A DNA stretch of 32,000 bases, taken from positions 4,290,001 through 4,322,000 of the forward strand of contig NC_003272.1 of NCBI RefSeq assembly GCF_000009705.1. Direction: 5' to 3'. The number at the start of each line of letters is the position of its first letter. The stretch's first letter is position 1. This document shows positions 1 to 8,708 of the stretch, in pieces. The stretch is from Nostoc sp. PCC 7120 = FACHB-418 (GTDB lineage: Bacteria; Cyanobacteriota; Cyanobacteriia; Cyanobacteriales; Nostocaceae). Position numbers and translations under genes: made by a program. The notes under the pieces are model-generated. The model worked only from the letters and a program-made list of their open reading frames with translations, did no database searches and had not been told where the DNA came from.

Positions 1-3000
1 TATGGCTTGAGCAGCTTTGAGGACAGAAGTAAAATCTAGGATATCAGAAATACTAGTGCTACTTGTGCCGGCAGTGTCAGTTGAGATGGCGATGGTGCTG
101 CGGTTAATCGGTGCAATAGTTTCTAAGGGATTAAAGTTGAGTTGTCGCCGTTGCAAGATGGGTTTAAGCAGTTGGGGGTAGAGTTTTTCTAAGTCATCAA
201 TTTTAGCTTTTGCGCCCCAACGTGCGTAACAATAATAGGCTTCCTGCATATATATCTGGGCAACTTTGTCTTTGCCCCAGTCCAGGTAAAATGTAGCTGC
301 TAGCTCATTGCTGAGTGCTTCTTCTTGAATATAGTGGTATTTTTTGGCTCCGGAGATAGCGCGATCGTAATATTCAATTGCTGAGGTTTTTTCACCCAAA
401 ACTCGATATCTTTCTGCTGCCACTAAATCAAGCTTATGCTGGTGATTCATGGGTGCATATTGCGCCCATTGGTGTAACTTGGCTTGGTTTTCTGCAACGT
501 ACTGTAATGTGGCTGATACCTCATCTGAATTTTGTCTCAACTGTGTTAGAGCAATCAGAGAATCATAGAGATAAAATACGGGTTCACAGAATAGTCCAGC
601 CGCAGCCATTAAATGATCTCTAATCTCAATGGTAATGCTTTTCGCTATCTCAATTTCGCCAAACAAGTAGCACAGCATCAGCTTGTACAAAGAGAAAATA
701 TACAACCCATACCCATCATTAGCAGCCATTAACAGAGGTATAAATTCTGGCTCTTGCAAGGCTTCCCCAGACAAGATGCTGGGATGGGCTGCAAAACCAA
801 GTAAATTTAGTGTAGATTGCCAATAAATGCGGACATAATTGGCTGTTGTCACTTGATTGAGTTGCCCCAACTCATGGCAGTAGGCGCGAGCATCTTCTTG
901 TAAAGTGGCAAGGTGCTGACCACACCAAAAAGAATGGCTACAAAAATTGTGGGCATGATGACCGGCAAACTCTAGGTTGCCCACTTCTAGAGCGATCGCA
1001 TAGCCTTTTTGCAAGAGTGGTAAAATTTCTTGGACATGAGATTTGCGTTGTAAAATATACAATGCCAAAATGAGCAAAACTTGGGGTTGAATCGCCTTAG
1101 CATCCACTTTCGACACTATTTGCAGTGCTAGTTGACCAAACTCTGTTGCTGTATCCACATCTTGCAAAACATTACACAGCAGCACACCATAAGTACTATA
1201 GATATACCCTGTAGCTGGTGTATTTCCGTATTGGATGGATATTTTGACTAACAGCAAAGTGATTAATGGGAACAGGGGAGAGCCGGAGAGGTAAGCCACT
1301 GTCATGATGCTACTGGCAATCTGGACAATGGCAACTTTCTCCTCATCTGTGATGATGGGTAGGTGAACCAAATCTGCAATTGCTCTGTCACCAATCAGTT
1401 CCCTAATCTCTTGGATTTCCTGTTGAATAACTGCTGGTGTGGGTGCTTCAGCAAAGGTTACCCCCAACTGTTGTAAGATTTTTTGGGCGATCGCAATTGC
1501 TTCGGCAAATTTATTCTGGGAGATATAAGCTTGAATCCTAATGCGGTAAACGTTAACCTGTTCAATTAAAGTGTGCGCCTGGGTGGTAACAACATTAATG
1601 AACTGTTCCATCTGTGCAAATTCACCGCGCAGAGAAGCGACTTCCGCCGCAAATTCATGTAGAGTCAAGGCGATTTTATACTGGCGCTGCCAAGCATTCT
1701 TGCCCAACAATGACAACCCCACGGCGATATATTCATGAGCCGCTTGATAAGCTGTGGCACTCCTAGCTTTACGACAAGCAGTAAGATTGAGTTGTGCTAA
1801 TTCATCTCGTTCTGTTTGTTGGGTAATTAAAGCAATTCCGTAATTGAGTTGATTGACCAGTGCAAAAATTCGCTCTTCTCTAGCGACTGGGGAAATCTGT
1901 TTTAACAGCAGTTGTCCGATTTGGTAATGAGTCGCTTGTTTTTGGTCTTGGGGAATCAAAGAATAAGCAGCTTGTTGGACGCGATCGTGTAGGAATCGAT
2001 ATTCCACATTTTGGCTATTGCTAACATTGGCATCTTGGCAATCGTGATCCACATAAAATTTGTAGACCTGGCTTTGAGGCAAAATTAATCCTTCCTGCAA
2101 AGCTTTCCACAAAGCATCTGCCGTATCTACTGCTGATTTTTCTAAAACAATTGCTAAAGTATTTAAATCAAAAGAGTTACCAATACAAGCGGCTAGCTTG
2201 AGTACATCTTGTGTTTTACTAGGAAATTTCTGCAACTGTTGCGCCATAAACTCCACCACATTATCAGTGAGGGATAGTTCATTGATTTGGGTAATATCAC
2301 ATTCCCAATAACCTTGATGGCGATTAAAAGTAATTAGCTGATCTTCGTGTAACGCCTTGAGAAACTGGGTGATAAAAAAGGGATTACCTTTGGTTTTACG
2401 CTCAATTAATTTTGTCAGGGGATGCGATCGCTCTGTTGGACAATGGAGGGTATCAGCAACTAAATGATTCGTATCGCAGAAGGTCAGGGAGGCGAGAGTA
2501 ATTGTATTCACAGTCTTTCCCGCTTTTTTCAGTTCTTCTACTGTCAAAATAAACGGGTGGGTGGTGTGGACTTCATTATCTCGATAAGCCCCCAACAAGA
2601 GGAGATAACTCTGGTCTTCCATCAGTAGTTTGATCAACTGTAGGGAAGCCGTATCTGACCATTGTAAGTCATCTAAAAACATCACCAAGGGATGTTTTGG
2701 GGTGCTAAAAATTGCAATAAACTTTTGGAACAATAAGTTAAAGCGATTCTGTGCGGCTGTTCCCGATAGTTCCGGCGCAGGATGTTGTTTCCCGATGATG
2801 ATTTCTAGTTCGGGAATTACCTCAATTAGCACTTGTCCGTTATTGCCTACAGTATCTAGGATCTTGGTACGCCACCTAGACAATTGGGAATCTGATTCTG
2901 ATAACAATTGCCCCATTAAATCCCGTAGGGCTTGCACAAAAGCTGATAAGGGAAGATTGCGATTGAACTGATCAAATTTACCTTTGATGAAATACCCTTG

Positions 3001-4062
3001 TTGGCGGGTAATCGGCTTGTGAACTTCGTTAACGACGGCGGTTTTACCAATACCCGAAAATCCCGCCACTAACATCATTTCTGATTTGCCTTTGGTGACG
3101 CGCTCAAAAGCTTGCAGTAAGGCGTTAACTTCCGTTTCTCGCCCATAGAGTTTTTCGGGAATGAGGAAGCGATCGCACATATCCCGGTTACCAATTTCAA
3201 AAGCTGTAATTTTGCCGTTATTTTTGAATTGGTACAAGCAAGTTTCTAAATCATGCTTTAATCCCAAAGCACTCTGATACCTATCTTCGGCGTTTTTCGC
3301 CATCAGCTTCATGATGATATCAGATAACACTAGGGGAATATGTTGTTGGTGTCCCAAGGCGATCGGTGTTTTCGCTATGTGACAATGTACCAACTCCATC
3401 GGATCATCAGAACTAAATGGTAATTCTCCCATCAATAGTTCATAAAGTGTTACACCCAAAGAATAAAAATCGCTCCGGTAGTCGATTCCTCTGTTCATCC
3501 TGCCGGTTTGTTCGGGGGAAATATAAGCGAGAGTTCCTTCTAAAACATTGGGACTTCTGATTTCCTGGGTTTCTTTAGGCAGTAATGAAGCGATGCTAAA
3601 GTCGATCAGTTGAACTTGTTTTGTTTGGGGATGAATCAGGATGTTGGCGGGTTTGATATCTTTGTGAATTACACGATTAAGGTGTAGTTCTTGCAGAATA
3701 TTGGTTATTTGGATAGCGATCGCCAAAAATTCGACTAGGGGAAAGGGAGTGGTTTTGATGTATTCTCGTAAAGCAATACCTCCTGTGTCTTCCATCACCA
3801 AAATATAACCGTTACCATAGGTTTCTAATGATAAGGGGCGAATGATCCCGGTAACGTTGAGATTTTTGCTAATAGTATATTGATTGCGAAACTGTAGTAA
3901 CTCGTGGAAATTAGGATAATCTGAGGCTAGAAGTTTAATCACTACTGGGCGTTGATCCTGCTCACGGATAGCTCGATATACTCTTGTTTTGGAACCGGCA
4001 TATAATTGAGAACTAATGTGATATCCGGTGATGATGGGGTTGGAATATTCTTGAGTTGCCAT
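1..4062 (-). CDS. Multidomain Ser/Thr protein kinase + AAA/STAND NTPase + helical-repeat sensor protein; N-terminal 1354 codons, C-terminus lies beyond the window start
   Basis: Absent from the ORF track because it runs off the window. The minus-strand frame is open from ATG (4062-4060) to base 1. Translation starts MATQEYSNPIITGYHISSQLYAGSKTRVYRAI. Hanks kinase motifs are present: VVIKLL, HKDIKPANIL, DFS, LAYISPEQ. These are followed by Walker A GFSGIGKT, Walker B LVMFLDDLQWSD, and about 900 aa of helical repeat-like sequence. Confidence 0.85.
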   Translation of the reverse strand, partial: MATQEYSNPIITGYHISSQLYAGSKTRVYRAIREQDQRPVVIKLLASDYPNFHELLQFRNQYTISKNLNVTGIIRPLSLETYGNGYILVMEDTGGIALREYIKTTPFPLVEFLAIAIQITNILQELHLNRVIHKDIKPANILIHPQTKQVQLIDFSIASLLPKETQEIRSPNVLEGTLAYISPEQTGRMNRGIDYRSDFYSLGVTLYELLMGELPFSSDDPMELVHCHIAKTPIALGHQQHIPLVLSDIIMKLMAKNAEDRYQSALGLKHDLETCLYQFKNNGKITAFEIGNRDMCDRFLIPEKLYGRETEVNALLQAFERVTKGKSEMMLVAGFSGIGKTAVVNEVHKPITRQQGYFIKGKFDQFNRNLPLSAFVQALRDLMGQLLSESDSQLSRWRTKILDTVGNNGQVLIEVIPELEIIIGKQHPAPELSGTAAQNRFNLLFQKFIAIFSTPKHPLVMFLDDLQWSDTASLQLIKLLMEDQSYLLLLGAYRDNEVHTTHPFILTVEELKKAGKTVNTITLASLTFCDTNHLVADTLHCPTERSHPLTKLIERKTKGNPFFITQFLKALHEDQLITFNRHQGYWECDITQINELSLTDNVVEFMAQQLQKFPSKTQDVLKLAACIGNSFDLNTLAIVLEKSAVDTADALWKALQEGLILPQSQVYKFYVDHDCQDANVSNSQNVEYRFLHDRVQQAAYSLIPQDQKQATHYQIGQLLLKQISPVAREERIFALVNQLNYGIALITQQTERDELAQLNLTACRKARSATAYQAAHEYIAVGLSLLGKNAWQRQYKIALTLHEFAAEVASLRGEFAQMEQFINVVTTQAHTLIEQVNVYRIRIQAYISQNKFAEAIAIAQKILQQLGVTFAEAPTPAVIQQEIQEIRELIGDRAIADLVHLPIITDEEKVAIVQIASSIMTVAYLSGSPLFPLITLLLVKISIQYGNTPATGYIYSTYGVLLCNVLQDVDTATEFGQLALQIVSKVDAKAIQPQVLLILALYILQRKSHVQEILPLLQKGYAIALEVGNLEFAGHHAHNFCSHSFWCGQHLATLQEDARAYCHELGQLNQVTTANYVRIYWQSTLNLLGFAAHPSILSGEALQEPEFIPLLMAANDGYGLYIFSLYKLMLCYLFGEIEIAKSITIEIRDHLMAAAGLFCEPVFYLYDSLIALTQLRQNSDEVSATLQYVAENQAKLHQWAQYAPMNHQHKLDLVAAERYRVLGEKTSAIEYYDRAISGAKKYHYIQEEALSNELAATFYLDWGKDKVAQIYMQEAYYCYARWGAKAKIDDLEKLYPQLLKPILQRRQLNFNPLETIAPINRSTIAISTDTAGTSSTSISDILDFTSVLKAAQAI

Positions 4063-4191
4063 TTATACATACCTCATAATGCAAACTTGTGTTTACTTCT
4101 CTAGCCTTAAGTCGCAATTCGCTGACGAAAAGCCTCACAAATTGCATATACACTTTGTTATTATTCCCATCAACTAGATGTTGACTAACAA

Positions 4192-4247
4192 TGATCAGTG
4201 ATCATTGATGAGCAATTAGTACTGATTACTGAGTGATCAGTGATATT
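4192..4247. repeat. Heptanucleotide tandem array, about 8 units, TGATCAG-type
   Basis: Read directly: TGATCAG TGATCAT TGATGAG CAATTAG TACTGAT TACTGAG TGATCAG TGATATT. It lies in the upstream region of the kinase gene. Confidence 0.8.
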
Positions 4248-4321
4248 AGCTCTGGTAGGGCGTGTAGTCGGTACTGAGTCAGATATTTTCCCTCTGCTCC
4301 CTCCCTTATCAAATCATAGCT

Positions 4322-4464
4322 AGGACTTAGGCATGAAAACGAAAGATCAAGGGTTTGGACAAGGATGTAGGGATGTAGGAGTATAAATGCTTGAAACCCT
4401 TACACCCCTGTACCCTTAAACCCTTACACCCGGTCTCAACAGATAACCTGTTTGCGTAAGTCCT
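4322..4464. mobile_element. MITE-like element, copy A (143 bp), terminal inverted repeat AGGACTTA...TAAGTCCT
   Basis: Starts AGGACTTAGGC and ends GCGTAAGTCCT. The internal CCCTTACACCC / GGATGTAGGG arms can pair. It shares about 80 nt with the copies at 7200-7453 and 10747-10882. Confidence 0.75.
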
Positions 4465-4475
4465 AATAACGACAC

Positions 4476-7001
4476 CTAAAGAACAATAATTGTCCACATA
4501 CTTATACCCAAAATAATAGCTGCGAGGTGTTGCCAAATTAAGGTTCTCAATGGTTGTCGGGCGATTTTTTGCGTCAATACTATCGTCAACAGCACGGAAA
4601 AAATGAGGGTTGCACCTTGTAAAAAGGCAATCACGGCTGGGTGTGCTACTAATATTGGTAATTGCTCACCACTCAGACCAAATGTGGCAAAAGTAACGGG
4701 GAGAATCTTGCCACTTTCACCTAAACCTAAACGTAGATAGTGAGCAAAATTTCCCCCTAAAACTAATGGCAAATAACCATAAGCAAGTTCAATCAAGCGT
4801 CGAGGTTTACGGCGAGTATTGAAGATTTTAATTAACCAGTAGCTGGATAAAATAATAGCAAATGGCATTAATAATGCTATAATTGATATCCCTAAATGTA
4901 GCCAAAATTGAGTTAAATCAATTTGTAATCCCAGCCAATCTAACAACTCTTGTAAACGATGGATATATATTCCCCCTAACAACAAAAACAACAAAGCTAC
5001 TTCATAATTGCGGGGTACATGAGTTGTCCATAGTTCAATTCCAGGGGGACGCAAGTTAAATTCTACAGAACGATGGGGACAAGCTTTGAGACAAGTCATG
5101 CACAGTACACAATCTCGGTTATCTTCTAACTGGGCTGGGTGAGAATATAGGGGACAACCATCTGTTTCCATCCCTTCGCCTTTTTCGGGGCCGCCTTTAT
5201 AACATTGATAGGTATTACAGGTAGCAGAACAGATACCTTGCTGCGCTCTTAGTTCAGTCATGGAAAGTTTAGCAAACAAACCATTCATTCCCCCAATGGG
5301 ACAAAGATAGCGACACCAAAAACGTCGCTCAAACAGGGCAGAAAAAATCATTGCCCCAGAGGTAATTAATAATAGTAAACAAGCGGAAAGATAGGCTGTA
5401 TTTTCTAAATGCCAAAGTTCTTCCCACAGGAAAATTAAGGTAAATAAACCAAATAGAAACCATCCGCCCCATTTTTCTGCTTGTTCTCGCGGCCAGCGCT
5501 TGAGTTGGCGGGGGAATAGCCACAGAGATAGTTTTTGGGTGATTTCCCCGTAAATCATGAAGGGACAGACAGCACACCACACACGCCCGAAGAAGGGGAA
5601 ACTCAAGAGGATGAGAGGCCACCACCAAGCCCAAAATAAATTTAAAGCAAAATTGCGATCGCGTGTTTGCGGCCCGACAAACAAAACGCCTACAATAAAT
5701 GCAAACGCCGCCACAGTAAAACCATAGTTAATCTTGTCAGGCCACCAAGAACTGCGTAAAAACCGCCGCAACCCTGGATAAAGATTTAAAAGATTGACAC
5801 GAAATTGTTTTTTCTTAGGTTCAGCCGCCCAGAATATTTCTTCTGTTAATTCCCTGCGTTCCCCTGCTTGGATAATTGCCCTTTCTACAAGGTTTTTTAA
5901 CTCCTTGAGATTACCGGGGAAATCATAAGATTGTAGGCGGCGTAAAGCTTCTGGGGTTATGTGGGGTTTCTTCAGTCCACGCGATCGCACATACAAACTA
6001 GTGTAATATTCTACCTGGGCTTTAATATCAGCTTTCCTTACCCGTAGCGGTGGTACTTTAATAATATGTCCCACACAACGCTCAATCTTAGACTCGGTTT
6101 TTTCCGACACAAGTAGAATCCGGGCTTTACTGGTAAGGGGTGCAGCAGCTGGTTCTCCTGGTCGAGAAACGGGAGTATATATATTTGTTTGCAGTAACTG
6201 TGCTACAGGCTGTAATAACTCTGGGGGTAATTCTTGGATATTATTGAGAATTAAACTACCTTCCCCCAACCACTCCAAAAGTCCAGGTTTACCGCCAGCA
6301 CGACCAAATAAATCTGCACCGCTTGTCTGTAAAATCCCACAATTGATTTTAATAATCGGTTCCCGTCGTTTGGGGGAACTGAAGTGAATCAGAGTGGCGA
6401 TATTATCTTTTTCTAAGCCAGGTTCGCCAAAGATTTCTACAGATTTGCGGTCAGTGGCCGCGACGCGAATTTGCTCTCGCAGACGCACAGCGTAGCGACT
6501 CGTACCGACAATTCCCCGTTGCGCTTTGGTGACTAAATAGGGACGCAACGCTACAGAACGTTCTTGCTCATAGGTTAACGCAGATGTCACCTGGGCTAAT
6601 TCTTGGGCTAATTGTCGAGAAAAAGCCTGATTAATCTCCGGGTATTGGCTAATTAAGTCCCGAAATTTAGCCGCAGGTATGACCCACACATGAGATTCTG
6701 TCAGGGTGACAATTTTACATGGTGTTAATTCATCCAAAAGTAATTCTTGCAGATTAATGACTGCCCCCGGTAGAAATCCACGAGCTAAAGCCGAACTGTT
6801 TTGATTAGTAGTCTCGCTTTCTAGTTGACCATCTTGGACAATGTACAGTGCTTCTGGGTGAGTAGCTTCTGAAACTAGAGTACTGTGGGCTGGTACAACT
6901 TGCTCTTCCAGAGTTTGGGCGATCGCATCCAACACCATCGATGAGAGAATACCTAAAGTTGTCCGTTCTCGTAGCCATATAACTGTGTTTGGAGATGTCA
7001 T
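4476..7001 (-). CDS. Fusion protein: cNMP-binding-like domain + degenerate sigma-54-activator-type AAA+ domain + NapH/polyferredoxin-like Fe-S membrane domain
   Basis: 841-aa ORF. The N-terminal region looks like a CAP effector domain. The central region aligns by eye to bEBP AAA+ domains (GTSRYAVRLREQI..., YDFPGNLKELKNLVERA), but Walker A is GEPGLEK, Walker B is ILNNI, and GAFTGA is absent. The C-terminal half has multiple TM helices with CAVCPF, CRYLCPIGG and CVLCMTCLKACP motifs. Confidence 0.8.
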   Translation of the reverse strand: MTSPNTVIWLRERTTLGILSSMVLDAIAQTLEEQVVPAHSTLVSEATHPEALYIVQDGQLESETTNQNSSALARGFLPGAVINLQELLLDELTPCKIVTLTESHVWVIPAAKFRDLISQYPEINQAFSRQLAQELAQVTSALTYEQERSVALRPYLVTKAQRGIVGTSRYAVRLREQIRVAATDRKSVEIFGEPGLEKDNIATLIHFSSPKRREPIIKINCGILQTSGADLFGRAGGKPGLLEWLGEGSLILNNIQELPPELLQPVAQLLQTNIYTPVSRPGEPAAAPLTSKARILLVSEKTESKIERCVGHIIKVPPLRVRKADIKAQVEYYTSLYVRSRGLKKPHITPEALRRLQSYDFPGNLKELKNLVERAIIQAGERRELTEEIFWAAEPKKKQFRVNLLNLYPGLRRFLRSSWWPDKINYGFTVAAFAFIVGVLFVGPQTRDRNFALNLFWAWWWPLILLSFPFFGRVWCAVCPFMIYGEITQKLSLWLFPRQLKRWPREQAEKWGGWFLFGLFTLIFLWEELWHLENTAYLSACLLLLITSGAMIFSALFERRFWCRYLCPIGGMNGLFAKLSMTELRAQQGICSATCNTYQCYKGGPEKGEGMETDGCPLYSHPAQLEDNRDCVLCMTCLKACPHRSVEFNLRPPGIELWTTHVPRNYEVALLFLLLGGIYIHRLQELLDWLGLQIDLTQFWLHLGISIIALLMPFAIILSSYWLIKIFNTRRKPRRLIELAYGYLPLVLGGNFAHYLRLGLGESGKILPVTFATFGLSGEQLPILVAHPAVIAFLQGATLIFSVLLTIVLTQKIARQPLRTLIWQHLAAIILGISMWTIIVL

Positions 7002-7064
7002 CCTGGGTTCTCCGTGCAGGCTGCTTGCTGTATAAAAGGAATTATCCCTGAAAATAGCTGTCTG

Positions 7065-7157
7065 ATGAGTTTATCTGATTTACCTAATCTTGGTGTTCCT
7101 TTGGCGCTTTTGGGTTTAATTGTGCTAGCGGCGGTGTTTTTTAGTCGTATTCGTTAA
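7065..7157 (+). CDS. Candidate 30-aa single-pass membrane peptide (MSLSDLPNLGVPLALLGLIVLAAVFFSRIR)
   Basis: ATG to TAA read by hand; too short for the ORF track. It has a hydrophobic core of about 18 residues and a basic C-terminus. There is no clear Shine-Dalgarno sequence. It is divergent from the 841-aa gene. Confidence 0.3.
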   Translation: MSLSDLPNLGVPLALLGLIVLAAVFFSRIR

Positions 7158-7199
7158 TTTACAAACCATTACATTTGTAATTCCTAAGAATAATTAAAT

Positions 7200-7453
7200 A
7201 GGACTTATACCAGATTAATATGAAGCTGCATAGAATAACTGAACACAGATGCACGCAGCGAAAAGTTCTGTAGGAGGGTTTCCCTCCGTAGGAAACTTTT
7301 CAAGACAGAGAAACGCGGATAAATCAACGGATTTTATATTATGTGCAACCTCGTATAAAATTGGTATCACGCATAAATCTTGGGAACCCTTACACCCCTA
7401 TATCCTTAACCCCTTACACCCGGTCTCAACAGAAAATCTGGGTGCGTAAGTCC
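7200..7453. mobile_element. MITE-like element, copy B (about 254 bp, with an extra internal segment)
   Basis: Starts AGGACTTATAC and ends GCGTAAGTCC. The last 85 nt or so are nearly identical to copy A (CCCTTACACCCCT...CCCTTACACCCGGTCTCAACAGA). The extra internal part contains the hairpin GAAAAGTT..GGAGGG TTT CCCTCC..AACTTTTC. Confidence 0.75.
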
Positions 7454-7455
7454 AA

Positions 7456-8298
7456 TTAAATTGGTGTCAACCAATAGCTAATGCCTCTAACAACTTTATT
7501 TTTTAAACCCAAGTTTGGCAGATTATCTGCATTAACACCGAGATAAGTCCAGTGTGGTATGTCATTTTCTACGGTTTGAAACCAACCATTATCATAAAGA
7601 GCTTGTCTTTGTTTAGCATTAGAAACTCGTAAATCAATTGCTAAACCCCAAAGATGCTGTGATGCACCTGGGGGTGCAACTACACCAAGAATTGCTGTTT
7701 CTTTGCCTTCTCGAACTTTATCTAAAGTATATTTGTTGGCATATTTTTTCCAGAATCTTAAATTGGTGGCGTAGTTGCGAGTACAATCACTAGCACCATA
7801 GCCAGATTTGAGAGGAATATTTTGTTGAGAGCGTGCTTTATTTAAAGCTAATGCGGCTGACTGTTGTAAGTAACAATTGCTAGTGCCTGTAATTTTCTCC
7901 ATCGTTAAATTAGTTTGAAATATTTGCGTCTCCTGCTCGTTGTTAAAAACTACTCTAGAAGGAAATTTAACTGTTGGGTCTGGATCTACAAAAGCTGCAC
8001 CATAGGCACGAAGCAATATATATTCATAGCTATTGGGCTGGGGAATTTCTGGTAAATTAGTAGCGATCGCCGATAAGAAACGTTCTTGTTCAGTTTGCGG
8101 ATTACGAGGAAGAGGTGTTGGTAATATCGGTTTTTTATATATTTCCAAACAAGAAATAGAATTATTGATTACACAGGCATTTAATGTTTGATTATTCCGG
8201 AAAATTTCGGAATCATTAATTCCATTACTAGCGACCAAGGTAAAAATCATTAAACCGCTAACAAAAATAAACTTTAATCCTTTAATAAGCCGCTTCAT
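7456..8298 (-). CDS. Secreted or membrane-anchored peptidase M15 / VanY-like D-alanyl-D-alanine carboxypeptidase (LAS metallopeptidase fold)
   Basis: 280-aa ORF with an N-terminal hydrophobic anchor (FIFVSGLMIFTLVA). It carries an SxHxxGxAxD motif (SQHLWGLAIDL) and a downstream DIPHW His motif. Confidence 0.6.
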   Translation of the reverse strand: MKRLIKGLKFIFVSGLMIFTLVASNGINDSEIFRNNQTLNACVINNSISCLEIYKKPILPTPLPRNPQTEQERFLSAIATNLPEIPQPNSYEYILLRAYGAAFVDPDPTVKFPSRVVFNNEQETQIFQTNLTMEKITGTSNCYLQQSAALALNKARSQQNIPLKSGYGASDCTRNYATNLRFWKKYANKYTLDKVREGKETAILGVVAPPGASQHLWGLAIDLRVSNAKQRQALYDNGWFQTVENDIPHWTYLGVNADNLPNLGLKNKVVRGISYWLTPI

Positions 8299-8445
8299 AA
8301 AGTTATCAATACTAGATAAATATCAAAGTTCACATGATTTTATTTATAACAAAAATACTTTACACTATGCTGAAATTATCACACATAATTGATTTCTACA
8401 GTGAGATAAAACTTTGATTTAATAAGGTAATAAATCTTAGTAAAT

Positions 8446-8466
8446 GTAGGGTGGGCATTGCCCACC
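8446..8466. repeat. REP-like palindromic unit GTAGGGTGGGCATTGCCCACC
   Basis: The core GGTGGGCATTGCCCACC is self-complementary. The same unit occurs twice, inverted, at 30653-30707. Confidence 0.8.
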
Positions 8467-8708
8467 AAAAACATAACACTGCGGATAATGCTCAACAAAA
8501 CTAGCTTCCAAGCGAAATAGCCATCATACATATATTTACAAAATAAATGTTAAATTCCATAGTATTTATTTATAGTAATTAAAATGAACTTGAATACCAA
8601 CTGTTAATTAACTCGATTTAGTTTTTTGTCAAAGGTTAGCCTACATGAAATCACTGGCTAGATTAGGTTAGAATCAGGAATAAATCTCAGCTTGTTAATC
8701 CTGTACGT

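Noticed and set aside
378-2971. Plus-strand ORFs 378-623 and 2630-2971
   Set aside because: They are antisense to the continuous 1354-codon kinase/STAND reading frame and have no motifs.
4327-4536. 69-aa ORF at 4327-4536 (-) and 66-aa ORF at 7249-7449 (+)
   Set aside because: Both lie inside the MITE copies, and the first also overlaps the 3' end of the 841-aa gene. The frame is not conserved between MITE copies.
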